From a bacterium (lineage in GTDB: Bacteria > Hinthialibacterota > Hinthialibacteria > Hinthialibacterales > Hinthialibacteraceae): a stretch of 64,000 nt of DNA. Both the position numbers and the translations under genes were made by a program. This document shows, one piece after another, positions 39,283 through 50,034 of the stretch. Location: the NCBI GenBank assembly GCA_963662285.2, contig CAXXMV010000003.1:288001-352000 (forward strand), in the 5' to 3' direction. Below the pieces are notes generated by a model that was not told the DNA's origin, did no database searches, and was given only the letters and a program-made list of their open reading frames with translations. Positions within the stretch are counted from its first letter, which is position 1; each line of letters opens with the position of its first letter.

Positions 39283-42123
39283 ATGTTGAAATCCATGATG
39301 AAACCCATCGCACTGCTAACCATAATGATGGTTTGCTGTGCGAGTGCATCTTTCGGAGATGCATCGATTACTCTTCAACCTAAAGCCGAATCGGTTAATG
39401 TGGGAGGGGATATTGTATACGATGTTCTCCTTTCCGCTGATCAACCATTCAGCGCTTATATGTTGAAAGTAGAATTCAATTCTGCTGATGGAGCCGCCGT
39501 TTCCGCGCACCAATACAGTATCGATACAGCAGTATGGACTGCCGCCAATCAGGCCCATGAAGCGATTTTGCTTCCGCCTGAAGTGGATGGCAACACCATT
39601 CTTCTGCAATCGTCATTGGTTGGTCCGGATACGGAAGCCGCCTACGCAGACGCAGTCTCTATCGGCCAGTTAAGCGTTAAGGCCGATAACCAGGGGACGC
39701 TGATTGCATCTATCGCCGGCGCTAATTTTTTCACTGACGGGTTGCAACAACCCGAAGGCGCAAATATTGGCGTGCTGATAACTGATGCAGCGCCTGTTTC
39801 AATTCAGCCAGCGGCCCAGATGGTCTTTGGAGACGCCAGCGGAAATGGAACATTGGGAATTGAAGACTCTTTGATGATCAGACAGTATCTGGCTGGCTTC
39901 AGAGATTCAGTACCCGATCCAGTCGCTGCTGATATTAATCCGGGAATCCCCGGCATAGATATCACCGATGCGTTGTTCATTCAGCAGATTCTTGCTCAAT
40001 TACGGCCTGATCCTAACAATCCAGAGGCGGCAACGCCTGCGGGTAAAGTAGCGAAATCAATCGGGATCAGAAATCTAATCGTTTCACCTTTCGCAGTGCC
40101 TGATAATACAATTACTTTTGTTGTTGAAGGCGGACCTTATGGGGTTGGCGATAACGTGACGGCTGCTTTGACCGCAAATGTCGGAGCAAGCGTCTTTGGT
40201 AGTTATAATGTCAGCGTTACTTATGATCCCGCTGTTTTAACTTATCAGAGCATTGCTTCTGGCGCTGCAGAACTTGGATTGCCTGTTGCTAACGCCAACA
40301 CGGCAGGCCTGATTCTGATGAATGGCGTAAACGCGGCTAGTTTTTCTTCTCCAACAGGAGAAGTTGTACTTGCTAACATCACATTCCAGGTTGCTGCTGT
40401 CTCTGGTGGTTCAACTAATTTGAGTGTTGCAGTTACACAAATGACTGATGTGAATTTCACTCCAATTAACGTAGCATCTCAAGCGACTGCCGTTGCTTTA
40501 GCGGGTGCTGAGCCAACGCCTACTGAGACGCCTACAGCGACTCCAGTGCCACCGACTCCGACTAATACGCCGGAGCCGCCAACGCCGACCGCAACCGAGT
40601 CTGCTGTTCCGACGCCAACCGAGTCTGCTGTTCCGACTCCTACTAACACGCCGGAACCACCGACACCGACGGCAACAGAATCTGCGGTTCCAACACCAAC
40701 CGAGTCTGAAGTTCCGACTCCTACTAACACGCCGGTGCCGCCAACTCCGACTCCAACCGAGTCTGTAGTTCCAACACCAACTCCAACCGAGTCTGTAGTT
40801 CCGACACCGACTCCAACAGAGTCAGAGGTTCCAACACCGACGCCTGTACCTCCAACACCGACTCCAACCGAGTCAGAGGTACCGACGCCAACTCCAACAG
40901 AGTCTGAGGTACCAACACCGACGCCTGTACCTCCAACACCGACTCCAACCGAGTCAGAGGTACCGACGCCAACTCCGACAGAGTCTGAGGTTCCAACACC
41001 GACTCCAACCGAGTCAGAAGTACCGACGCCGACGCCTACAGAGTCAGAAGTTCCGACTCCAACTAACACGCCAGTGCCGCCAACACCGACTCCAACTGAG
41101 TCAGAGGTTCCGACACCGACGCCTACAGAGTCAGAAGTTCCGACACCGACGCCAGTGCCACCAACACCGACTATAGAGCCACCGACGCCGACTCCTACAG
41201 TTGAGCCGCCAACACCGACTCCGACTGTGACACCAATACCACCTACACCTACGCCAACTGTTGGTGAGGTTGAGGTAACTATGGATAGCGGCTTGATTGC
41301 CATGTCTCACGAAGGACTATTCCTAAGCCGTGGCATCGATTCCGGTGCTGAAGTTGATACAGGCGAAGTACTTCGCGGACGACCGATAGATATTGAAGTG
41401 ATCAACGGCGAACTGGTCTATGTAACAATGGACGGAACCGTTTATCCTGAATCAATGCGCAAAGACAGCGCAGGCGGAACAGCTCTGAAAGTCAATGACG
41501 TGATTGATCTGGAACCACTGGGCGATGGCGCAGGTTATCTGCTGCTGGATCGCTGGGGTAACGTACATGCTTATGGCACGGCGACGCATCAAGGCGACGC
41601 GGTATATAAGCAAAGCGTTTCTTTTGGCTCCAAACCATTTACTGTTACAGTTCCATTGGCGGTTGATCTCGAAGTTGTTGCTGATCCTGCTAATCCAAAC
41701 ACAAACCTCGGTTACTACATCCTAGGTTCTGACGGAAGCATAACCTCTGTTGGTAATGTTCCCGCTATGCCTGCTGCAATGGATGAACCATCTGACGTTC
41801 TTGGCGCAAGAGCGCTTGAACTCAGTGTGACCGGCGGCATTGTAACCGGATACGAAGTTCTTCTACAGAACGGTACTATTGTGTTCTGGAATGGAACTAT
41901 TAAAGCACTTGGCGCTCCGATCAATCACAGTGTGAATGATCCGGAAATTGTTGACTTCACGAGAGCCGGAGGAGCCATCTTCCTGCTTAACGAGCAAGGC
42001 GTTGTATACGGTCCAGATTATCTGGAACTATCCAACGATCCAGGCGCGTTTGGCGGCCTTATAGGAAAGTATGGATTCTTCGATATCGAAGCTGGATTCT
42101 TAACTCCCGCACCGGGTGAATAA
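39283..42123 (+). CDS. Secreted cohesin-dockerin-cohesin protein with Pro/Thr-rich stalk and C-terminal repeat (propeller-like) domain
   Basis: GGAGG RBS, signal peptide; cohesin-like [13 protein letters not shown] and [14 protein letters not shown]...LANITFQV; dockerin [15 protein letters not shown]...[16 protein letters not shown]; DLE...GY.LLD..G.VH..G repeats. Confidence 0.8.
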   Translation: MLKSMMKPIALLTIMMVCCASASFGDASITLQPKAESVNVGGDIVYDVLLSADQPFSAYMLKVEFNSADGAAVSAHQYSIDTAVWTAANQAHEAILLPPEVDGNTILLQSSLVGPDTEAAYADAVSIGQLSVKADNQGTLIASIAGANFFTDGLQQPEGANIGVLITDAAPVSIQPAAQMVFGDASGNGTLGIEDSLMIRQYLAGFRDSVPDPVAADINPGIPGIDITDALFIQQILAQLRPDPNNPEAATPAGKVAKSIGIRNLIVSPFAVPDNTITFVVEGGPYGVGDNVTAALTANVGASVFGSYNVSVTYDPAVLTYQSIASGAAELGLPVANANTAGLILMNGVNAASFSSPTGEVVLANITFQVAAVSGGSTNLSVAVTQMTDVNFTPINVASQATAVALAGAEPTPTETPTATPVPPTPTNTPEPPTPTATESAVPTPTESAVPTPTNTPEPPTPTATESAVPTPTESEVPTPTNTPVPPTPTPTESVVPTPTPTESVVPTPTPTESEVPTPTPVPPTPTPTESEVPTPTPTESEVPTPTPVPPTPTPTESEVPTPTPTESEVPTPTPTESEVPTPTPTESEVPTPTNTPVPPTPTPTESEVPTPTPTESEVPTPTPVPPTPTIEPPTPTPTVEPPTPTPTVTPIPPTPTPTVGEVEVTMDSGLIAMSHEGLFLSRGIDSGAEVDTGEVLRGRPIDIEVINGELVYVTMDGTVYPESMRKDSAGGTALKVNDVIDLEPLGDGAGYLLLDRWGNVHAYGTATHQGDAVYKQSVSFGSKPFTVTVPLAVDLEVVADPANPNTNLGYYILGSDGSITSVGNVPAMPAAMDEPSDVLGARALELSVTGGIVTGYEVLLQNGTIVFWNGTIKALGAPINHSVNDPEIVDFTRAGGAIFLLNEQGVVYGPDYLELSNDPGAFGGLIGKYGFFDIEAGFLTPAPGE
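40510..41262 (+). repeat. Coding tandem repeats encoding a Pro/Thr/Glu linker ([18 protein letters not shown])
   Basis: Degenerate CCx ACx codon repeats over ~250 codons. Confidence 0.95.
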
Positions 42124-42193
42124 CAAAACCAGGTAAAGGATTGGTAGAAGAATGAACAGGAACACAAATAAACTCTTGACCTTTTGGGGGTTC

Positions 42194-43306
42194 ATGAATA
42201 TGAGTCGACTACATACGCTACTTTTGGCTCTTGGCATCATCTCAGCCTTTATGGTGGGACCGTCTCCTGCTGAAGCCCAAAACGATTTCCATGCGTTGTA
42301 TAACCGCTATCGCTTCCACCATGTGGGGTATTCACCCCGCTCGGCGGCGATGGGCGGGGCCTATAGCGCTCTGCAAGACAACGAAAACGGACTGGTTGGA
42401 AACCCGGCCAGCCTTGGTTTCAAGACAGCTCCGTTCATCGTTGGTGGTTATGATTGGGAAAACGTCTCAAGTGACTTAACCCTTCTCAATCCTAACGCGC
42501 CGGTCGAAGGCGAAGCCGATTTGATGACAGTCAACGTCGGTGGAGCTTATCCATTCGAATGGGGCGCTGTTGGTCTCCAATATGCGTACCGTTGGGATGA
42601 ACTAGATTCCGATGACGCTCCTTCCGCCGTTGGTTTTATGAACCAGGACGGCGAACTGGATCGCTCTTATATCGGACTTGGCGTTGGTTACAAGATGATG
42701 GAAGATATTGCGCTTGGTTATCGTTTCGGATACTTTGATTGGGATCTGGAACGGGATATCAACGTAGTTCGTCCAGCGCCTTTCCAACTAGCTCAGATCG
42801 ATGAAGATTTCTCAGGACATCGTCACCAGTTCGGCGTTCAGTATTTAGCGCATGAACAATTGGTGTTGGGTCTTGATGGATACTTCGCATTAGGCGACCG
42901 TGATTCGGGTACGCTTGGTGATGCGGATGCAGATTCTTACGCCGTTCGCGGTGGTCTGGCATGGCAGGTAACTCCTGATCTTCCATTGACCGTTGCAATG
43001 GATTTGAATTATGAAATCCGTGATCTGGATGGCGCCGGTAATGACGCTGAAGAAGATCTCTTCGGAATTCACCTGGGCGTTGAGTATGAGGTTTATGAAA
43101 ATCTCTTCCTGCGCGGTGGATATCAATTCGAAGATATCGATTATGAAGACGTTCCTGCTAACATTGATGAATCGCTATCAATCAGCGGTTTCAGTTTAGG
43201 ACTCGGTTACGAGTACGAAAACATTACCTTTGATTATGCATTCCAATTCATTGATACCGGCAGCGGCGACTTGGCTCATTACTTTGGCATCGGCTATCAG
43301 TTCTAA
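42194..43306 (+). CDS. Outer-membrane beta-barrel, FadL/PorV-PorQ-like
   Basis: Signal peptide, hatch motif SPRSAAMGGAYSAL...GNPASL, amphipathic strands, FLRGGY, terminal GIGYQF. Confidence 0.8.
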   Translation: MNMSRLHTLLLALGIISAFMVGPSPAEAQNDFHALYNRYRFHHVGYSPRSAAMGGAYSALQDNENGLVGNPASLGFKTAPFIVGGYDWENVSSDLTLLNPNAPVEGEADLMTVNVGGAYPFEWGAVGLQYAYRWDELDSDDAPSAVGFMNQDGELDRSYIGLGVGYKMMEDIALGYRFGYFDWDLERDINVVRPAPFQLAQIDEDFSGHRHQFGVQYLAHEQLVLGLDGYFALGDRDSGTLGDADADSYAVRGGLAWQVTPDLPLTVAMDLNYEIRDLDGAGNDAEEDLFGIHLGVEYEVYENLFLRGGYQFEDIDYEDVPANIDESLSISGFSLGLGYEYENITFDYAFQFIDTGSGDLAHYFGIGYQF

Positions 43307-43347
43307 TTGCTGAATGACAAAGTAACTGAGTAGTAAAAGTGATTATC

Positions 43348-43384
43348 AATAGAGGGTCGGATTTTTTCGACCCTCTATTTTTTT
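43348..43384 (+). terminator. Intrinsic terminator of the cohesin protein-barrel operon
   Basis: AATAGAGGGTCG-loop-CGACCCTCTATT followed by a T run. Confidence 0.85.
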
Positions 43385-43461
43385 GTTGCGCCCAGCAACG
43401 CTTCTACGAACAGTATGATATGAATAATTCTAAATGTACAAAATGATGGAGAATTACAATA

Positions 43462-45138
43462 ATGTGGATTTTACTAAACTGTTGTTTGCTATTTCTTATT
43501 GTGGGGTTCTTTTCACCTGCGACATTGGCCAAAGATGTCTACCTACGGGATTTCGGCGCCTTGCCTGATGACAATGAAAGGGATGACCAATCCATTAACC
43601 GTGCGGTAGAAACTTGCCAACCCGGCGACCGTTTGATCTTTGAAAAAGGGACTTACGATTTATGGCGTTCGATTAAAATCAGCGGTAAAGAGAACCTGGA
43701 TGTTGATGGAAACGGCGCTGTTTTAATGCTGCGCGGCTTTGACCGGAACAAAGGCGGGCCGACATTCAGCGCTATACAATTGACTTCATCCAAGCTCGTG
43801 ACCATCCACGGTTTCACCGTTGATATGGATGTCTCCCCTAACTCTGCTGGAGAAATAATCCAAGTTCGAGAAAAATCTTTCGATGTTAAAGTATTTGATG
43901 AGTTTCCTTTGACTGATGACTTGTTCGTCGATCATATCATGACCTTTCATCCCGATGGGCGACCCAATGGAAAAAATCTTGATCTCTATGGGAATTTCAC
44001 TTTAACTAAGACTGCTGATCATATTTTACGTATTGACTTAAAAGCAAAAAAGAATGTGAAACAGGGAGAACTGCTCTGCTTCTATCACAAAGTATACGGC
44101 GGCAGCGCTATCTATTTCGGCGATTCCTCCGATTGCACATTACGGGATGTAACGATTAATGCATTCGCAGGCATGGGATTCGTCGCCTCAGACCGCTCAA
44201 TAAACGTCACCCTGGAGAGGTATCGGGTTGAGCGCCCCAAGAATAGTAAAAGGTTAACTTCCACCAACGCAGATGGATCGAAATTTATTTTCACTGGTGG
44301 ACTCCTCACAGTTAAGGATTGCCAATATGAAGGCATGGGAGATGACGCCATAAATGTTCATAGCTCGTTTGGACAAATTACTGAAATAGATAAAGAACAG
44401 GCATTGCTTGAAATAATACGTCCTCACCGGGATGGACCGCATCAAATTTCTAAAAGATATGTATTGCCGGGCGATAAGATAGAAATCTATGACGGGATAA
44501 CTCTGCTTGCAAAGGGCATAGCTACAGTTTTAAAGAGAGATGATAACAAAATTACACTTGATGCCTTACCGGAAGATGTTGCCGTCAACGACTTGTTCAA
44601 TAATTTGACCATGAGTCCACGAGTACGTATTTCAGATGTATCGGTGCGGCGTAACCGGGCGCGTGGTTTTCTGTTGCAAACCCAGGATGTGATTGTCGAA
44701 AACTGCAAAATTTCCGATCCGACAGGCGTTGGCATATTTGTGACCACCGATATCAACTATTGGTATGAATCAGGTCCGGGAAAAGATATAATTATCCGCA
44801 ATAACATTATCGAAAACGCCAACAACCATCTTATCAGGGAGGGCGCCATAAATGTGAAATGCGGGCATGACTCCGGCGGCGTCGACAATCCTGCGGGAGT
44901 TCACCGCAATATAAAGATTACCGGAAATACTATTATTAATACATCTGGTTCAGGAATATTCGTAAGTGCAACAGATGGTATTGAGATCACTGGTAATGTT
45001 ATCAAGCAGTGCAGTACGTCGCCTAAACAGGATAGCGGTAAATACGCTGTCTTCTTGAAAAACTGCAAAAATACCAATGTAACCGATAATACCCTTTCGA
45101 ATGGAGAATTACTATTTGGAAGCATGGATTGTCAATAG
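43462..45138 (+). CDS. Secreted right-handed beta-helix glycoside hydrolase (GH110 alpha-galactosidase-like)
   Basis: DFGALPDD N-terminus, STNADG, GMGDDAINVH, RNRARGFLL, WYESGP. Confidence 0.75.
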   Translation: MWILLNCCLLFLIVGFFSPATLAKDVYLRDFGALPDDNERDDQSINRAVETCQPGDRLIFEKGTYDLWRSIKISGKENLDVDGNGAVLMLRGFDRNKGGPTFSAIQLTSSKLVTIHGFTVDMDVSPNSAGEIIQVREKSFDVKVFDEFPLTDDLFVDHIMTFHPDGRPNGKNLDLYGNFTLTKTADHILRIDLKAKKNVKQGELLCFYHKVYGGSAIYFGDSSDCTLRDVTINAFAGMGFVASDRSINVTLERYRVERPKNSKRLTSTNADGSKFIFTGGLLTVKDCQYEGMGDDAINVHSSFGQITEIDKEQALLEIIRPHRDGPHQISKRYVLPGDKIEIYDGITLLAKGIATVLKRDDNKITLDALPEDVAVNDLFNNLTMSPRVRISDVSVRRNRARGFLLQTQDVIVENCKISDPTGVGIFVTTDINYWYESGPGKDIIIRNNIIENANNHLIREGAINVKCGHDSGGVDNPAGVHRNIKITGNTIINTSGSGIFVSATDGIEITGNVIKQCSTSPKQDSGKYAVFLKNCKNTNVTDNTLSNGELLFGSMDCQ

Positions 45139-45224
45139 CAGGCAAACGTTAGTATAGAATAACGAATGTGGGCGCCTACGCTAATTAATCGGCGAGGGCG
45201 CCCACAAGAATATCACACTATACA

Positions 45225-47123
45225 TTATGGTTCCAGCGTTAAATATCCATCGCGGCGTTTGACCTTTAATAGTTTATCTACGCGGGCGTCTAGTGGATCG
45301 ATGCCCTTCATGCCCAGGTTTTTTCGGATTTCCCGACGCAGCCACCAGTATCCGGAGTTCCAGGAATAAAGGTGGTGTCCGTGGGGTTTTCCGTTTACAG
45401 TGCTGATTGATTCATGAAAGGCCGGAATCCAGGCCAGTTCTTTCTCAAGCCGCCACAGCAGTTTGTCATCCACCCATTGAGGGTCCATGCCATGAATCAA
45501 GCCGTCCAGGTAATTGGCTGCGTCATTGAGGAACCATGAGCCGCCATAGACGTAGACTCCGCTATGTCCATCCAGCAGGTCGCCATTGGCTTTGGATATC
45601 ACCCTCATTCCATAAGGCGACTGAATGCGCATGGTGGTTTCGAGGTGACGCCGCACCATGTCATCCGGCAGCAGTTTCTTGCCGAACACGGCATAGGTCA
45701 GAACTTCTCCGTAGAGGCTGTCCTGTCCGATATTTTCCTGTTGCTTCAAACTGGTGGCGAAGTAGCCGCCTTTTTCATTGAACATCCTGCGGTAGCCAGC
45801 GATAGCCTTATCTATATCCTCATCAGTTACATCGAAACCCAGTTCGCGGGCCGCCATCAGGGCGCCGCAGTGAAATCCCTGGTTCGATGAGGGTGCGTCG
45901 TCGTCATCATAGGGCAACTGGTCGTGGTAGGTCTTAAAACAAGCCAGTTCCGGTTTTAGACGCGGTGGAATATACAGACCGTCTTTCTCATGCTTGCGGA
46001 TGAAATTATAGGCGCGGGCCACGGTTCGATAATCAGGCGTACCGCCAGCCTGTTTTACAATGTATGACCAGATCAGGAAATACTGCGCGTTGTCCTCATA
46101 ATTTATCCTCTCAAAAAATGTCGCCATATTGGCTTCGGCGTCGTATTTGGGATCATCCAGACCACGCGACATCCAGAATCCGTCGCTGACCCATTGCTTC
46201 CAGCCATAACCAACGCCTGAGATGAAGATGTAATCGCTCTCGGGACGCATGTAGTTGCGCCGTAGCAGTAAGTAGGACGTATTGCGCAGAATGGCTTCAA
46301 CAGAGCCGCTGTTCCAGCCCTTGCCATTGGCCAGAGCCAGGGTGGCAGCTACTTGAACATCGTATAGAGAACTAACCGGCGATGAGAATACCCAGGTAGT
46401 GAATGATTGCTCTTCGCCTGATTCAATATGCTGCCAACCGTCAAACGTAGTGCGGTAGATATTAGTGGCATCTACTTCAAAGGGGATCATGCGAACCTGT
46501 TTGGCCGATCCATCACCATTAGCTATTGAAATCTGATGCTTCTCGCAATCAAATTTCAGAAAACTCCGGTTTTCCCACAATCCAGGACTGTCCCCGATAA
46601 AACCATAAAACTGATCTCCGTCGCGAACGCCAACCATGGGGAAGGTTTGCCCTGAGTTATCAGAAAACCCGGGTCCAGTGCAACCGGGGCTGTATTTGGT
46701 TGATTCCGTTTCCTTCTTAATATAAGAGTAATATTCTCCATTGGGCGAGGTTTTCCATGCCATATCAAGATAATAGCGCCCATCGGCGAGCGCTATTACT
46801 GATATTGTTCGTTCCCAAAGAGAAGGAGTAATACGCTTCCATGTTTCGGATAATTCAAAGCCAGGCGCAACGCCGCCTGTGAAATTGAAGGCGTCGGGTT
46901 GTTTATCGATTTGGGAATAGCGTACCGGGGTTTTGCCCTGTGGTTGAACAATGGACAAAGCGGCATTGGCTTCTGTGGGATTAAATACTGTATTTCCATC
47001 ATCAACAATCTCGATAGATGTTACATCATTATTAGTGACAGATCTGACATCCAAATTAGCGGCTTTCAAATCAACGGCGCATGTTACCAGCATCAATCCT
47101 GCTATTGCAATCCATTTAAGCAT
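45225..47123 (-). CDS. Secreted hypothetical protein, probable six-hairpin glycosidase-like C-terminal domain
   Basis: Signal peptide, SSNQGFHCGAL, PYGMRV, Y.YGGSWFLND, FHES; family not assigned. Confidence 0.6.
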   Translation of the reverse strand: MLKWIAIAGLMLVTCAVDLKAANLDVRSVTNNDVTSIEIVDDGNTVFNPTEANAALSIVQPQGKTPVRYSQIDKQPDAFNFTGGVAPGFELSETWKRITPSLWERTISVIALADGRYYLDMAWKTSPNGEYYSYIKKETESTKYSPGCTGPGFSDNSGQTFPMVGVRDGDQFYGFIGDSPGLWENRSFLKFDCEKHQISIANGDGSAKQVRMIPFEVDATNIYRTTFDGWQHIESGEEQSFTTWVFSSPVSSLYDVQVAATLALANGKGWNSGSVEAILRNTSYLLLRRNYMRPESDYIFISGVGYGWKQWVSDGFWMSRGLDDPKYDAEANMATFFERINYEDNAQYFLIWSYIVKQAGGTPDYRTVARAYNFIRKHEKDGLYIPPRLKPELACFKTYHDQLPYDDDDAPSSNQGFHCGALMAARELGFDVTDEDIDKAIAGYRRMFNEKGGYFATSLKQQENIGQDSLYGEVLTYAVFGKKLLPDDMVRRHLETTMRIQSPYGMRVISKANGDLLDGHSGVYVYGGSWFLNDAANYLDGLIHGMDPQWVDDKLLWRLEKELAWIPAFHESISTVNGKPHGHHLYSWNSGYWWLRREIRKNLGMKGIDPLDARVDKLLKVKRRDGYLTLEP

Positions 47124-47188
47124 TGGTTTTTCCCTTTGGTTATTGTGATTAAATTAACCTTATTATGTGTAATTGGTTATTGGAATAT

Positions 47189-47393
47189 CCCCCTCACCCT
47201 AGCTCTCCCGGCTGGAGAGGGGTTTGCGCAGACGACCATGAGAGGCACGTCCTACGCGTAGGCTTGTTTAATCGCAGGTGGTTTTCAAGGGAAGAAAATA
47301 CACTTCCCTTGGCACCCATGCGCAACCTACTTAGGTGTATTGTATATCCCCCTTACCTTAGCTGTATGGGCGCCGATGAGAGGCGCACCCTAC
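47189..47393. repeat. Cluster of degenerate REP-like hairpins (CCCTCACCC and GTAG/CTAC types)
   Basis: CCCCTCACCCTAGCTCTCCCGGCTGGAGAGGGG; ATGAGAGGCACGTCCTAC; GGCACCCATGCGCAACCTAC; GGGCGCCGATGAGAGGCGCACCCTAC. Confidence 0.6.
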
Positions 47394-47396
47394 ATA

Positions 47397-48653
47397 TCAA
47401 GCAAACTGTGGAACCCATCGGGGGTGATCGGCGCCTTTATCATCTATACCTTTGGTTAGCATACGGGCGTTACGTCCATTGGAGTCGCATACCCAAATGG
47501 CGGGAGATTCACCTGTTTTGGCACGGCAAAAGACTATTTGCTTGCCGTCGGACGACTCGCTCTGTCTGAAATCCCACACTGGAGGGTTGGAATGGGTGAT
47601 TTTGGTTATCGATCCATCGCGGGGATTGATGCGGCATATTTCCGTTCCCCCACGCGCCAGTTCCGGTTTGTAATCCCGGTTAAAATGGTCTTGATCGGGG
47701 CGATTGGTTTGGAATTCCCACGGAACCTTGGAACCGGGCAAGCGGTGGGAGCATAGAATCTCACCGTCACTAGTCCAGACCGGGACATTAGAGCCGCCGC
47801 TACGGTTACCGGGATATCCATAGGTCGCCCCAAACCACAGTGATTGATTTTTGGTCAATAAGCGATTTTCTGAGCCATCCGGGCGGCAGAGATATAAATC
47901 CGACCAGTCGTGTCCCGGATCATTACGGAATTGGCAATCCTGAAAGGCCAGCCATTGACCATCAGGAGACCATTCCGGACAGAAATACAGGTGGTCGGAA
48001 TGTCCAGCGACAAAGGTTCGGTCGCCTCCTTCAATGTTACTAGTCCAGATTTGATAGCCTTTGGGGCTTGCCAGATGATAGGCCACATGTTTGCCATCCG
48101 GGCTGAGGTTCATTCCATAAGGCATTCCTTCACCTGCTTTGGTGAACTCCTTTGCGTCGGATCCGTCCAGATTCATGCTGAATGTCTGGGCTACCTTATT
48201 GCGAACTACCTGCACCAGGAGACGCTCATCTTTAATAAGTACTTGAGGCGAATAAAAAGGCGCCAGGTTATGCTTGTTGGCGATTTCGGTTAATGATCCG
48301 CTGTCCAGGTCATGAATCCAGATATGGGTGGGCGTCTTATGGTAGTACTCGTCGAAAGGCTTTCCGGGGCCGTCCAGCCGTTTTTCCATACTCAAGAACA
48401 TCACCCGGCGTCCATCGGAAAAGAAAGCCGAGGGCTGCCATGTTACCTGCTTGGGAACATCAAACTCGAAATAACGCAAGCCGCCGCCATCGGCGTTCAT
48501 CATCGCCGTCTTGCCCTGGGTTGTGAAAAAGAACCGGCCTGGATGCTTTTTACTGGAGCGGTTTTTGGTTAAAGAACCAGTTGAGGCGCATGCAGCCATT
48601 GATGATAGAGCTGTGGTGGTTATGAATTGGCGGCGGTTGATAATTGTACTCAT
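47397..48653 (-). CDS. TolB-like (PD40) beta-propeller, Tat (lipo)protein
   Basis: NRRQFIT Tat motif, AAC, repeats LSPDGKHVAY, WSPDGQWLAF, SSDGKQIVF, DHPRW. Confidence 0.82.
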   Translation of the reverse strand: MSTIINRRQFITTTALSSMAACASTGSLTKNRSSKKHPGRFFFTTQGKTAMMNADGGGLRYFEFDVPKQVTWQPSAFFSDGRRVMFLSMEKRLDGPGKPFDEYYHKTPTHIWIHDLDSGSLTEIANKHNLAPFYSPQVLIKDERLLVQVVRNKVAQTFSMNLDGSDAKEFTKAGEGMPYGMNLSPDGKHVAYHLASPKGYQIWTSNIEGGDRTFVAGHSDHLYFCPEWSPDGQWLAFQDCQFRNDPGHDWSDLYLCRPDGSENRLLTKNQSLWFGATYGYPGNRSGGSNVPVWTSDGEILCSHRLPGSKVPWEFQTNRPDQDHFNRDYKPELARGGTEICRINPRDGSITKITHSNPPVWDFRQSESSDGKQIVFCRAKTGESPAIWVCDSNGRNARMLTKGIDDKGADHPRWVPQFA

Positions 48654-48830
48654 TAATTTTCTCCCATATCATTGAATTTCAACAACTAATAATACTCTAA
48701 CATATCGGAGTCTAGGTTTTTAGTTCGATATTGCATATTCCCGCATAAAGAATGAGGGTGATGGTAGGCTAAATTAAAATCGTAATGGTCAGTCTTTGAG
48801 CGATTAATATAAATCCAACTTAGCATAAAA

Positions 48831-48870
48831 AAAAAAGTGGCGGGAATCAAAACGAAACCCGCCACTTTTT
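48831..48870 (-). terminator. Intrinsic terminator
   Basis: AAAAAGTGGCGGG-loop-CCCGCCACTTTTT with A/T tails on both sides. Confidence 0.8.
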
Positions 48871-48891
48871 AAAAACATGTCTAATAGAATG

Positions 48892-50034
48892 CTATTTGAT
48901 AGACCAATCATCAACAGCAGTTTGTAATGTGTTTATTACAAAAATGCTGTCGCTGGCATTGTGGGAACTGAAAAAGGCATAGGCCTGATCGTCAGTCACT
49001 TCAAAAGCGCGGCAGTGGCTGCTGAATGCATCGGTTCCAGTTATATCATTGAGGTCGCTATTGGTGATAAACGCTACGGGAACGCTATTGTTTTCAACTT
49101 GCAATCCATCTGATGAAAGTTTATATATTTTTAAACCAGCGATATTACCTAAAATATACAGATACGGTTCGCCAGAGGCTACGCCTGCGATTTTTACGCT
49201 TACTGCATCTGCATCTTCCGCTTCACCAGGCTCAAAGACCAAACTTACCAGTAATGTTTCTACGCCTGTTTCTGGATCAAGTACGTAAGCCGAAGAAGTC
49301 TTGGTCAATGTATCTCCTTCGCAGTAATAGATCAGGTCTTTGCCATCGATATATTTGACCTCGAAATTACGCAACCGGGCGAGTGAGGTAAAGAATGTTC
49401 CGCCATCCTGCCAATCCGTATCCAGTATAAAAGGCATTCCATCTTCGGCTAACGAAGCTGTAACTTTATAGCGGTGAATCTTCATGCGGTTTTCGCCGCC
49501 GGAATAATGATTGGTGTACAGATAGGTTCCATCATGATTGAAATTCAAGGTGTCACAGGCTGGGAGTACATCAGCTTCGAGCCAGCTGTCTGATTCGTTG
49601 CCAATATTGTAATCATCGGGATATCCGGTGAATGTGACTTCTTCTTGACCACCATTGCCGATGACCAGACGGGTTCCAAATTGCGAACTTCCCTTGGGTA
49701 ATCCATACATGTGATTGGTAGCCCAACGGTGCGCAACCTGATCTGCGTTATCGGCGTCTCGCAACTCTTGAACTACATATTGCGAGAAAAATGCATTAGC
49801 GTTGGAGTCTGATGTGTATAAATAAGTCTGGTCAGATGTTGAATCCGTTGTACTGGGTCCGCCGAAACTCCAGTAATGAGGTGAAGGACCATGGGTTTCC
49901 TCATCCATTACTTCCACATATTTCAGGTTTGGAGCATTCCACCAATATGACTTAGCTGCTCCATAGTTACAAATAAATCCAAGAAATAAAACACCCCATA
50001 AGCTGCGAAGAAAAATTGATTTGTTTAATGCCAT
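48892..50034 (-). CDS. Secreted beta-rich (propeller-like) hypothetical protein with C-terminal TAVDDWSIK tag
   Basis: AGGAG RBS, signal peptide, FNHDGTYLY and VTDDQAYAFF blade-like segments. Confidence 0.7.
   Translation of the reverse strand: MALNKSIFLRSLWGVLFLGFICNYGAAKSYWWNAPNLKYVEVMDEETHGPSPHYWSFGGPSTTDSTSDQTYLYTSDSNANAFFSQYVVQELRDADNADQVAHRWATNHMYGLPKGSSQFGTRLVIGNGGQEEVTFTGYPDDYNIGNESDSWLEADVLPACDTLNFNHDGTYLYTNHYSGGENRMKIHRYKVTASLAEDGMPFILDTDWQDGGTFFTSLARLRNFEVKYIDGKDLIYYCEGDTLTKTSSAYVLDPETGVETLLVSLVFEPGEAEDADAVSVKIAGVASGEPYLYILGNIAGLKIYKLSSDGLQVENNSVPVAFITNSDLNDITGTDAFSSHCRAFEVTDDQAYAFFSSHNASDSIFVINTLQTAVDDWSIK

Noticed and set aside
40510-41262. Tandem repeat array as a possible CRISPR or DGR
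   Set aside because: Repeats are codon-degenerate, in frame and lack unique spacers; no cas or reverse transcriptase gene
40479-41303. 274-aa antisense ORF of [10 protein letters not shown] repeats (and ORFs 40505-40768, 40724-41008)
   Set aside because: Shadow frames of the Pro/Thr linker codons on the plus strand
47165-47569. 134-aa plus-strand ORF
   Set aside because: Runs through REP hairpins and antisense to the TolB-like gene; no protein-like features
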